From: Gemmatimonadales bacterium | Lineage (GTDB): Bacteria > Gemmatimonadota > Gemmatimonadetes > Gemmatimonadales > GWC2-71-9 | Direction: 5' to 3' | Length of the DNA stretch: 64,000 bases | NCBI GenBank assembly: GCA_035278885.1 | Contig: DATEIR010000068.1 | Span: 4,095 to 68,094 of the forward strand | Shown: piece after piece, positions 44,059 to 51,690 of the stretch | How positions within the stretch are numbered: position 1 is the first letter of the stretch | Layout: each line of letters starts with the position of its first letter | Notes under the pieces: model-generated | Database searches by the model: none | What the model saw: only the letters and a program-made list of their open reading frames with translations | Told to the model about the DNA's origin: nothing | Made by a program: the position numbers and the translations under genes

Positions 44059-45460
44059 ATCCCACCGCCGGCAACGCCACCCGAAACTCCGTCCGTCCCG
44101 GCTCCGACTCCACGTCGATCGTTCCCTCGTTCTTGTCCACCAGCCGGCGGACGATGTCGAGCCCGAGCCCGGTGCCCTTGCCCACTCCCTTGGTGGTGAA
44201 GAAGGGATCGAAGATCCGGGATTTCACATCGTCAGGGATGCCGGCCCCGTTGTCCCGCACCCGCACCACTACCCGATTCGACTCGACGCGGGCGGAGACC
44301 ACCACCCGGCCGTTCTCGCCCACCGCATCGAGCGCGTTGTCGATCAGGTTGGCCCAGACCTGGTTGAGCTCACCCCCGAACCCGCTCGCCTTGGGCAGGC
44401 CGGCCGGCAGGTCGAGGGTCAACGCCGCAGACTTCTCCCGCGCCTTCGCCCCCATCACGGCCAGCGTGTCCGTGATCCCCTTCGCCACATCCACCGGCTC
44501 GGCCGACGGCGCGTGGTCCATATAGGTGAAGCCCTTCACCGCGCTCACCAGCTCGTGCACCCGCGAGGCGGCACGCTCGACGTCCTGGGTCAGCGACCGG
44601 ACCATGCACCCGGAGGCGATCCAGCGGAGGCCCACCCCCAGCCGGTCTCCATCGAGCGCGGTGGCGAGCTCGTCGAGCAGGGCTATGGTGACGTTGGTCT
44701 CGCCCAGCGGGCCCGCGAGCGCGTCGTCCAGCCCGTGGTCCAGCAGCCAGTCGGTGAGCGCCTCCTCACGGTCGGAGCGCTCGAGCGGCGAGAACACGCC
44801 CGTGGTGGGCCCGCCGGTGCAGATGAAACGCACCCGCTCGACCGCCAGGAGCGCGCGGTCGTCGAGATCCGCCGCGCCCAGCTCGCGGGACGCCTCCTCG
44901 GACTCCGCCAGTGCCTCGGAGAGAAGCCTGGCGCTCCGGGCGGCCGCCGAGGCCGGGTTGTTCAGCTCGTGCGCCAGGCCGGCGGCGAGCTTGCCCAGCG
45001 AGGCCATCTTCTCCACCTGAAAGTCGCTGGCCTTGAAGGCCTTGGCCCGGTCCACCATCACGTGCACCAGCGACGCCGTCACAGTGGGACAATGGACCGG
45101 CAGCGCGGGCAGGTGCTCGGTGGGCACTCGGAAGATCTCGGCCGGCTCCAGGATCACCGAGTTCCCCGGCGCGGCGGCCATGCGGGAGTAGGGGAGCATG
45201 CCGGTCGCGTCCCCGGCATACCAGTCGATGGCCTTTCGCCAGACGCCGGCCTGATCCAGCATGTGCGCCACGTGGCCGGAGAGGATGATGTACATCGCCT
45301 CGACCGGCTGACCCTTGCGGGCGATCAGGTCGCCATCCTGATAGTGCTCCAGCGTCCCATGGTCCATCAGCCACTCCAGCTCGGCGCGAGGCGCGTTCCC
45401 CAGCGCCTTGTGCGCGCCGAGCCGGGCGAGGAGGGAGCCGTCGGATCCGGAGTCGCTCAT
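44057..45460 (-). CDS. Cytoplasmic sensor histidine kinase with N-terminal cyclic-nucleotide-binding domain
   Basis: cNMP-binding-like beta-roll (YQDGDLIARKGQPVEAMYIILSGHV), H-box AAGLAHELNNPASA and HATPase_c motifs (DNGAGIP, GTGLGLDIV). No TM segments. Confidence 0.85.
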   Translation of the reverse strand: MSDSGSDGSLLARLGAHKALGNAPRAELEWLMDHGTLEHYQDGDLIARKGQPVEAMYIILSGHVAHMLDQAGVWRKAIDWYAGDATGMLPYSRMAAAPGNSVILEPAEIFRVPTEHLPALPVHCPTVTASLVHVMVDRAKAFKASDFQVEKMASLGKLAAGLAHELNNPASAAARSARLLSEALAESEEASRELGAADLDDRALLAVERVRFICTGGPTTGVFSPLERSDREEALTDWLLDHGLDDALAGPLGETNVTIALLDELATALDGDRLGVGLRWIASGCMVRSLTQDVERAASRVHELVSAVKGFTYMDHAPSAEPVDVAKGITDTLAVMGAKAREKSAALTLDLPAGLPKASGFGGELNQVWANLIDNALDAVGENGRVVVSARVESNRVVVRVRDNGAGIPDDVKSRIFDPFFTTKGVGKGTGLGLDIVRRLVDKNEGTIDVESEPGRTEFRVALPAVG

Positions 45461-45464
45461 GGGC

Positions 45465-47210
45465 CTAGACCGTCTGCAGGTATTGGTGGACCATGCTCAC
45501 CGTCGCCGAACCCTCGCCGACGGCGGCGGCGACGCGCTTGCCCGAGCCGAGACGCGCGTCCCCGGCGCAGAAGATCCCCGGCACGCTGGTCTCGAACAGG
45601 TACGGGTCGCGTGGGGCGGTCCAGCCCGGGGGGCGCTGGCCGTCGGTCATCAGGTCTCGGCCGGTGACCACGAAGCCATGGGTGTCGCGCTGCACCAGGT
45701 CGGCGCAGAACGCCGTGCGCGGCGCGGCCCCGATGAAGATGAACATGGCGGCCGCGGGGAGCTCCCGGCGCTCGCCGCTCCCGGCGTCGGTCACCACGAC
45801 GCTCTCGAGCCGTCCCTCACCCCGGGCCGAGGCCACGCTGGTGTTCACCAGGACCTCGATGTTGGGTGTTTCCCGGATCCGGTCCACCAGGTAGCTCGAC
45901 ATGGCCGTGGCCAGGTCGGCCCCGCGGACCAGGATGGTGACCTTCCTCGCCTGCCGGGAAAAGAAGAGCGCGCCCTGGCCGCATGAGTTGGCGCCGCCGA
46001 CCACGATCACGTCGCGACCCCGATACATCGCCGCCTCGGTGAGCGACGAGCCGTAGTAGACCCCGGTGCCGATCAGCGGCTCGATCCCCTCGGCCTGGAG
46101 CCGCCGCACTTCCATGCCCGGCGTGATCAGCACGGCGTATCCCGTCACCTCCGAGCCGTCGCTCAGGAGCACCTTGCGGTAGGGGTCCTCGCGCCGGACC
46201 TCGACCACCTCCGCCGTGGTGATGATCTCGGCGCCGAAGCGACGGGCCTGGGCTGCGGCACGGGTGGTGAGGTCGCCGCCGGACAGGCCGCCCGGGAACC
46301 CGAGGTAGTTCTCGATTTTCGAGCTGGTTCCCGCCTGGCCTCCGCAGGCGAAGCGCTCGACCAGGATGGTGCGCAGCCCCTCCGACGCGCCGTACACGGC
46401 GCCGGCCAGCCCCGCCGGCCCGCCCCCGACCACGATCAGGTCGTAGAATGGTTTTCGGGCCCGGGTCTGCAGCCCGATCTTCTCGGCCAGGTCGCGGATG
46501 GCCGGCTGTTCCATCCGGGTGCCGTCGGGGAAGAGGACCACGGGCAGGTGGGAGGCGCCGCCGTTCATCCCGGCGAGCAGCTCACGCACCGACGAATCCT
46601 CGTCCGCGTCGAGCCACTGGTAAGGCACCTGGTTGGAGGCGAGGAACTCCTTCACCGCGTAGCTCGCCGGCGACAGCGTGGTGCCGGCGATCCGGATTCC
46701 ATCGAAGGCCGGCCGGGCCTTGGCCCACCACTCCGAGAGCAGATCCTCCAGCACCGGATAGAGCTTCTGGGTGGGCGGCTCCCAGGGCTTGAGCAGGTAG
46801 TGGTCGAGGCCGACCTGGTTGATCGCGGTGATCGCCGTGTCGGTGTCGGCGTAGGCCGTGAGCAGCACCCGGCGTGCGTCGGGGTAGAGCTTGATCGCCT
46901 CGAGGAGGAACTGGGTGCCGCTCATCCCGGGCATGCGCTCGTCCACCAGGAAGAGCGCCACCTGGGCGCCTCGCTGCAGCAGCTCGCGGACCGTCTCGAG
47001 GGCCTGGGCGCCGGAGGACGCCTTCACGATGCGGTAGTCCGAGCGGAAATGCTGTCGGAGATCGCGCTCGATCGCCTTCAGGACTTCGCGATCGTCATCG
47101 ACGGTGAGGAGAACGGGCTTCAGGGGGACAGCCGTGCGTTGGAGATGATGAAGGTTAACGCTCCTTCGAGCGTCCGCCAGCCGGCGCGATATCTTTCCGC
47201 ACACGTCCAT
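45465..47210 (-). CDS. Response-regulator receiver fused to a thioredoxin-fold linker and a thioredoxin-reductase-like flavoprotein (no CxxC)
   Basis: This is the 3' part of ORF 45465..48788. REC motifs are LLTVDDD, LFLVDERMPGMSG and YLLKPW. The FAD/NAD folds read DLIVVGGGPAGLAGA and VIVVGGANSCGQGALFF. The TrxB CATC position reads GSSL. The start is uncertain (ATG at 47210 or 47231). Confidence 0.85.
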   Translation of the reverse strand: MDVCGKISRRLADARRSVNLHHLQRTAVPLKPVLLTVDDDREVLKAIERDLRQHFRSDYRIVKASSGAQALETVRELLQRGAQVALFLVDERMPGMSGTQFLLEAIKLYPDARRVLLTAYADTDTAITAINQVGLDHYLLKPWEPPTQKLYPVLEDLLSEWWAKARPAFDGIRIAGTTLSPASYAVKEFLASNQVPYQWLDADEDSSVRELLAGMNGGASHLPVVLFPDGTRMEQPAIRDLAEKIGLQTRARKPFYDLIVVGGGPAGLAGAVYGASEGLRTILVERFACGGQAGTSSKIENYLGFPGGLSGGDLTTRAAAQARRFGAEIITTAEVVEVRREDPYRKVLLSDGSEVTGYAVLITPGMEVRRLQAEGIEPLIGTGVYYGSSLTEAAMYRGRDVIVVGGANSCGQGALFFSRQARKVTILVRGADLATAMSSYLVDRIRETPNIEVLVNTSVASARGEGRLESVVVTDAGSGERRELPAAAMFIFIGAAPRTAFCADLVQRDTHGFVVTGRDLMTDGQRPPGWTAPRDPYLFETSVPGIFCAGDARLGSGKRVAAAVGEGSATVSMVHQYLQTV

Positions 47211-47225
47211 CCAATGGAGGCCCCG

Positions 47226-48845
47226 ATGCATCGGCGCACCGCGCTGGGGCTGCTGCTCATCGCGGGAGGCGTGGCGCCCTCCCTGTCCGCTCAAGAGCAT
47301 GCTCACGGCCACGGCGAGCGCCTGGGCCGGGTCGTCTTTCCGGTATCCTGCAGGGCCGAGGCGCAGCATCGCTTCGAGCGGGCCATGGCGGCGCTCCACT
47401 CCTTCTGGTGGGAGGAAGGGCCGCGCGCCTTCGGCGCGGTGCTGGAGGCCGACTCCACCTGCGCGATGGCCCACTGGGGCCTGGCGCTCAACGCCTGGGG
47501 CAACCCATTCGCCGGCGGCCCCTCCAAGGACCTGGTTCGGACCGGCGCCGGGGAGGCCGCTCAGGCGGCCGCCCTGGGGGCGCCGACCGCGCGGGAGCGG
47601 GGGTTCATCGCGGCGGCGTCCGCGCTCTATCGGGACTACGAGACGGTGCCCGCGCCGGTCCGACTCCAGGCGTACTCCGATACGCTCGCCCGGCTCTACC
47701 GCGACGAGCCCCGTGAGCCGGAGGTGGCGCTCTATTACGCCCTCAGCCTCATCGCTACGGCCCCCAAGACCGACACGACCTACGTGAAGCAGAAGCGGGC
47801 GGCGGCCATTCTCGACCCGCTCTTCGCCCGCTACCCGGACCATCCGGGGCTGGCTCACTACATCATCCACGCCGACGACTCGCCCGCGCTGGCCCACCTC
47901 GGCCTGAACGCGGCCCGGCGCTACGCGGCCATCGCGCCGGACGCGCCGCACGCGCAGCACATGCCGTCGCACATCTTCGTACGCCTCGGGCTCTGGGACG
48001 AGACGGTCGCGTCCAACCGGCGCTCGTACGAGGCGGGCGCGCGCTTCGCCAGGGCGCAAGGGATCGCCGGCGCCGTCTACGAGAACTATCACGCCATGGA
48101 TTACATGGTCTACGGCTACCTGCAGGAGGGCCGCGATTCGGCCGCGCGGGCGGTGGTGGCGCAGGGGCTCGCCGTGAGCGAGGTGCGCGGGCCATCGCCC
48201 CTGGTCCGGGGATACAATCGAACCGCCATGGAGGCCAGGGTGCCGCTCGAGCGGGGCGACTGGCTGGCCGCCTCCGCGCTCCCGGTACGGATGCCGGACA
48301 TTCCCGTCTGCCAGATGCTGATCCACTTCGCTCGCGGGATCGGGGCGGCGCGCTCGTCGAGAGCCGGGCAGCTCCAGGACGAAGTGGCCGAGCTGGCGAA
48401 GGTCGAGAAACTGCTCGACACGCCGAGCGATGCCTATTGGAGCCGGGTCGCCGGCATCAAGCGGCAGGCGCTCGGCGCCTGGACGCTCCTGGCCGCGGGG
48501 GACACCGCCGGCGCGCTGGCGGCGGCAAAGGCGGCGGCGGATTCGGAGGCGGTCACCGAGAAGCATCCGATCACGCCGGGGGAGCTGATTCCGGCGCGGG
48601 AGCTGGAGGCCGACCTGAACTTCCAGGTGGCCCGTTACCGAGAGGCTCGGACCGCCTACCTGGCCACACTCAAACGGGAGCCGGGCCGGGCCCGCTCGGT
48701 GTTCGGTGCCGCACGCGCCGCGGAAATGGCGGGCGACAAGGCCGCGGCGGCGAAGGGCTACCGGCAGTACCTGGAGCTCATGCGGCACGCCGACGGCGAC
48801 CGGCCGGAGCTTCGGATCGCGCGGGCGGGCGCGAAGGCCGGCTAG
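47226..48845 (+). CDS. Secreted TPR-like hypothetical protein
   Basis: GGAGG lies 5 nt before the ATG at 47226. Signal peptide MHRRTALGLLLIAGGVAPSLSAQ, then a helical-repeat protein. The family could not be named. Confidence 0.6.
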   Translation: MHRRTALGLLLIAGGVAPSLSAQEHAHGHGERLGRVVFPVSCRAEAQHRFERAMAALHSFWWEEGPRAFGAVLEADSTCAMAHWGLALNAWGNPFAGGPSKDLVRTGAGEAAQAAALGAPTARERGFIAAASALYRDYETVPAPVRLQAYSDTLARLYRDEPREPEVALYYALSLIATAPKTDTTYVKQKRAAAILDPLFARYPDHPGLAHYIIHADDSPALAHLGLNAARRYAAIAPDAPHAQHMPSHIFVRLGLWDETVASNRRSYEAGARFARAQGIAGAVYENYHAMDYMVYGYLQEGRDSAARAVVAQGLAVSEVRGPSPLVRGYNRTAMEARVPLERGDWLAASALPVRMPDIPVCQMLIHFARGIGAARSSRAGQLQDEVAELAKVEKLLDTPSDAYWSRVAGIKRQALGAWTLLAAGDTAGALAAAKAAADSEAVTEKHPITPGELIPARELEADLNFQVARYREARTAYLATLKREPGRARSVFGAARAAEMAGDKAAAAKGYRQYLELMRHADGDRPELRIARAGAKAG

Positions 48846-48957
48846 ACGGACCGGCTGCGCGGCGCTGGTGACTCACGTCACCGCAGCGTCTCCGGGAGCG
48901 GGCATTCTAGAGGAAAGCGTCGTCCTGAATCTTCCTCGGCCACCCGCGCCCGCCACG

Positions 48958-50682
48958 ATGCGTAGCAGACCCACGGTCCCGCTCCTCGCTCTCCTTTCCG
49001 CACTGTTCGCCTGCACGACCGGCGCCGGGGAACACCCAGCGCGGCACGACCGCACGGCGTCCGCCAAGGCCGGGCAGGCGGAGCGCGCGCTCCGGACGGC
49101 GATGGCCGACAGCGCCGCCTGGCCGTCATACGGCCGAGACCAGAGCAATCAGCGCTACTCGCCGCTGAGCCAGATCGGCACCGGCAACGTCGCCCGGCTG
49201 CGTCTGGCCTGGACGTACCACACCGGCATCCCGCACGCCTTCGAGGCCAGCCCGGTGGTGGTGGGCGGCACCATGTTCGTGTCCACCCCGCTGAATCACG
49301 TCGTCGCGCTGGATGCGGCCACCGGCAAGAAGCTCTGGGAGTACGCGGAGACCCTGTCGACCACCGTCCACTGCTGCGGACCGGTCAACCGCGGCGTCGC
49401 CGTTTACGGTGGCCGGGTGTACGAGGGGACCCTCGACGGCCGCCTGGTGGCGCTCGATGCCCGGACCGGGCGACGCGATTGGGTGGTGCGGGTGGCCGAC
49501 AACGAGCGGGGCTACGCCGTGGACGGCGCGCCGGTGGCCGCGGACGGCAAGATCATCGTCGGCGTCAGCGGCGCCGAGTACGGCATCCGCGGCTTCGTCA
49601 CGGCGTACGACGCGGAGACCGGCGCGAGGATCTGGCGGTTCTATACCATCCCGAGTCCCCAGGAAGGCGGCTGGTGGGGCAAGTGGGCCGCGGCCGATCC
49701 CTTCGGCACCCCGCTCAACCGCGACCTCGCGCGCGAGCACGCCGACAGCGCCCAGCACGCCGACACCTGGAAGGTCGGCGGAGGGTCGGTCTGGCAGGCG
49801 CCGGCGGTGGACCGCGACCTGGGCCTGGTGATCTTCGGCGTGGGCAACCCCTCACCCGACCTCGACGGCTCGGTCCGGCCGGGCGACAACCTGTATACCG
49901 CGTCGGTGGTGGCGGTCGATCTCGGCACCGGTCAGCTCAAGTGGTATTTCCAGGAGCTGCCGCACGACACCTGGGACCTGGACGCGGTGAGTCCGGTGGT
50001 GCTCTTCGATCTGCCGTCGGCGGGCGGTGGGGCGCCGGTCCACGCGGTCGCTCAGGCCGGGAAGACCGGCTGGGTCTATATCCTCGACCGCAAGACCGGA
50101 CGGCCGATCCGCCGGTCCGATCCGTTCGTCCCCCAGGCCAACCTGTTCGCTCGTCCGACGCCCGGCGGGGTTCGCATGCTGCCCGGGGCCAACGGAGGCT
50201 CCGAGTGGTCGGCCCCCGCGTACAGCCCCGCGACCGGATACCTGTACGTGCTCGGCCTGCACCAGCCGATGCTCTACAAGGTGAAGCCCGAGCCGCTCCT
50301 CCCGCCGGCCTTCTGGCTGGGCGGCGCCTTCTACAGCAACGGCGAGCCGGAGTACGGACTGTTCAGCGCGGTGGATCTGGCCACCGGCAAGATCGCGTGG
50401 CAGAACAAGGTGAAGGACCCGATGATCGGCGGGGCGCTCGCGACCGGCGGCGGTCTCGTCTTCACCGGGACCAAGGACAAGCAGTTCCTCGCGTTCGACG
50501 CCCGGAGCGGAAAGCAGCTCTGGCGCTATGACGCCAGCGCGGGCGTCAACGCGCCGCCGGTGAGCTACGCCGTGCAGGGCCGGCAGTACGTGGCGGTCGC
50601 GGCGGGCGGTAACTATCAGATCAACGCGCCGCGGGGCGACGAGGTCCTCGCCTTCGCGCTCGACGCCGGGGGCGCGCCGTGA
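48958..50682 (+). CDS. PQQ-dependent alcohol/sugar dehydrogenase (methanol/ethanol quinoprotein family)
   Basis: ATG at 48958, in-frame within ORF 48706..50682. Lipobox LSALFAC; WPSYGRDQSNQRYSPL; vicinal Cys pair HCCGPVNRG; repeated W-motif propeller blades. Confidence 0.9.
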   Translation: MRSRPTVPLLALLSALFACTTGAGEHPARHDRTASAKAGQAERALRTAMADSAAWPSYGRDQSNQRYSPLSQIGTGNVARLRLAWTYHTGIPHAFEASPVVVGGTMFVSTPLNHVVALDAATGKKLWEYAETLSTTVHCCGPVNRGVAVYGGRVYEGTLDGRLVALDARTGRRDWVVRVADNERGYAVDGAPVAADGKIIVGVSGAEYGIRGFVTAYDAETGARIWRFYTIPSPQEGGWWGKWAAADPFGTPLNRDLAREHADSAQHADTWKVGGGSVWQAPAVDRDLGLVIFGVGNPSPDLDGSVRPGDNLYTASVVAVDLGTGQLKWYFQELPHDTWDLDAVSPVVLFDLPSAGGGAPVHAVAQAGKTGWVYILDRKTGRPIRRSDPFVPQANLFARPTPGGVRMLPGANGGSEWSAPAYSPATGYLYVLGLHQPMLYKVKPEPLLPPAFWLGGAFYSNGEPEYGLFSAVDLATGKIAWQNKVKDPMIGGALATGGGLVFTGTKDKQFLAFDARSGKQLWRYDASAGVNAPPVSYAVQGRQYVAVAAGGNYQINAPRGDEVLAFALDAGGAP

Positions 50683-51248
50683 ACGCCGCGGCCTCACTCG
50701 TGGCGGTCGCGGTCCTTGTCCTGGCACCGGCGGCGGTCGCGGCCCAGGTCGCGGGCCGAGGCTCCTCGCCGTCTCCCGGCGCCTCCGCGGATACCGCCGG
50801 ACAAGGGATCTCGACCAACGAGGAAGGCCAGCCGCCCAAACTTCCCCCGCTGCCGCAGGGAATGACGGTGGATCTGATCGTCACCGGGGACAGCCTGTTT
50901 CATACGAAGGGCCATTGCTTCGCCTGCCACGGGGCGGACGCCGCCGGCCTGCCGGACGCCGGCTCGGCGCTCACGCGGGGTCTCAACTTCGTGCCGCTCG
51001 AGTGGGGGCCCATCGACTCCCTGATCATCAGCGGCATTCCCGACGCGATCACGCGCTCGGCCATCCAGATGCCGCCCAAGGGGGGCAAGTCCGACCTGAC
51101 CGCGGAAGAGACCCGGGCCATCGCCGCCTACGTCTGGGCGATCAGTCAGACCCGCGGTGAGCCATGGTCCGGCGGCCATGCCACGCACGCGTCCATGATC
51201 GCGCCGGGCGTGACCGCGGGGACGGCCGCGGCCCCGATGGGAAGGTAA
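50679..51248 (+). CDS. c-type cytochrome
   Basis: Signal peptide and heme-binding motif CFACH. The start overlaps the stop of the PQQ dehydrogenase gene. Confidence 0.8.
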   Translation: MNAAASLVAVAVLVLAPAAVAAQVAGRGSSPSPGASADTAGQGISTNEEGQPPKLPPLPQGMTVDLIVTGDSLFHTKGHCFACHGADAAGLPDAGSALTRGLNFVPLEWGPIDSLIISGIPDAITRSAIQMPPKGGKSDLTAEETRAIAAYVWAISQTRGEPWSGGHATHASMIAPGVTAGTAAAPMGR

Positions 51249-51282
51249 GGGCCGTCGGTTGAACGGATGGATCGGAGGAGGC

Positions 51283-51648
51283 ATGCGACAGGGAATGTGG
51301 CTCGTGCTCGCCGGGGCGCTGGTGGCGGGAGCCTGCCGGGACAAGGAGCCACCGCGCGTGGTCGCCGGGGGCGACCCCCAGGTGGGCGAGCACCTGATCC
51401 AGCGCTACGGCTGCGGGTCGTGTCACGTCGTGCCCGGCGTCAAGGGCGCGGACGGGATGGTGGGGCCGCCCCTCGATCACTTCGCGCGGCGCGCCTTCAT
51501 CGCGGGACAAGTCCCCAACGACGCGGAGTATCTGATCCGCTGGATCGAGGTTCCCCAGGCCATCGAGCCCGGCACCGCGATGCCCAACCTCGGTGTCTCG
51601 GAGGGTCAGGCCCGGAGCATCGCGGCCTATCTGTATACCCTGAGGTAA
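51283..51648 (+). CDS. c-type cytochrome (small, lipoprotein-like)
   Basis: GGAGGAGG precedes the ATG at 51283. Lipobox-like LVAGAC; heme motif CGSCH; distal Met context GTAMPN. Confidence 0.75.
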   Translation: MRQGMWLVLAGALVAGACRDKEPPRVVAGGDPQVGEHLIQRYGCGSCHVVPGVKGADGMVGPPLDHFARRAFIAGQVPNDAEYLIRWIEVPQAIEPGTAMPNLGVSEGQARSIAAYLYTLR

Positions 51649-51649
51649 G

Positions 51650-51675
51650 GGCGCCGGCTGGATTCCTCCGGCGCC
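51650..51675. terminator. Hairpin between convergent genes (candidate bidirectional terminator)
   Basis: GGCGCCGG (51650..51657) pairs with CCGGCGCC (51668..51675) across a 10-nt loop. There is no clear U-tract. Confidence 0.4.
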
Positions 51676-51690
51676 ACGGGATCGTCACCC

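Noticed and set aside
47232-48788. Upstream 520 codons of the 1107-aa minus-strand ORF 45465..48788
   Set aside because: Only the part from about 47210 downwards shows REC/TrxR homology. The upstream part is antisense to the signal-peptide-bearing + strand gene 47226..48845 and is Arg/Pro/Gly-rich.
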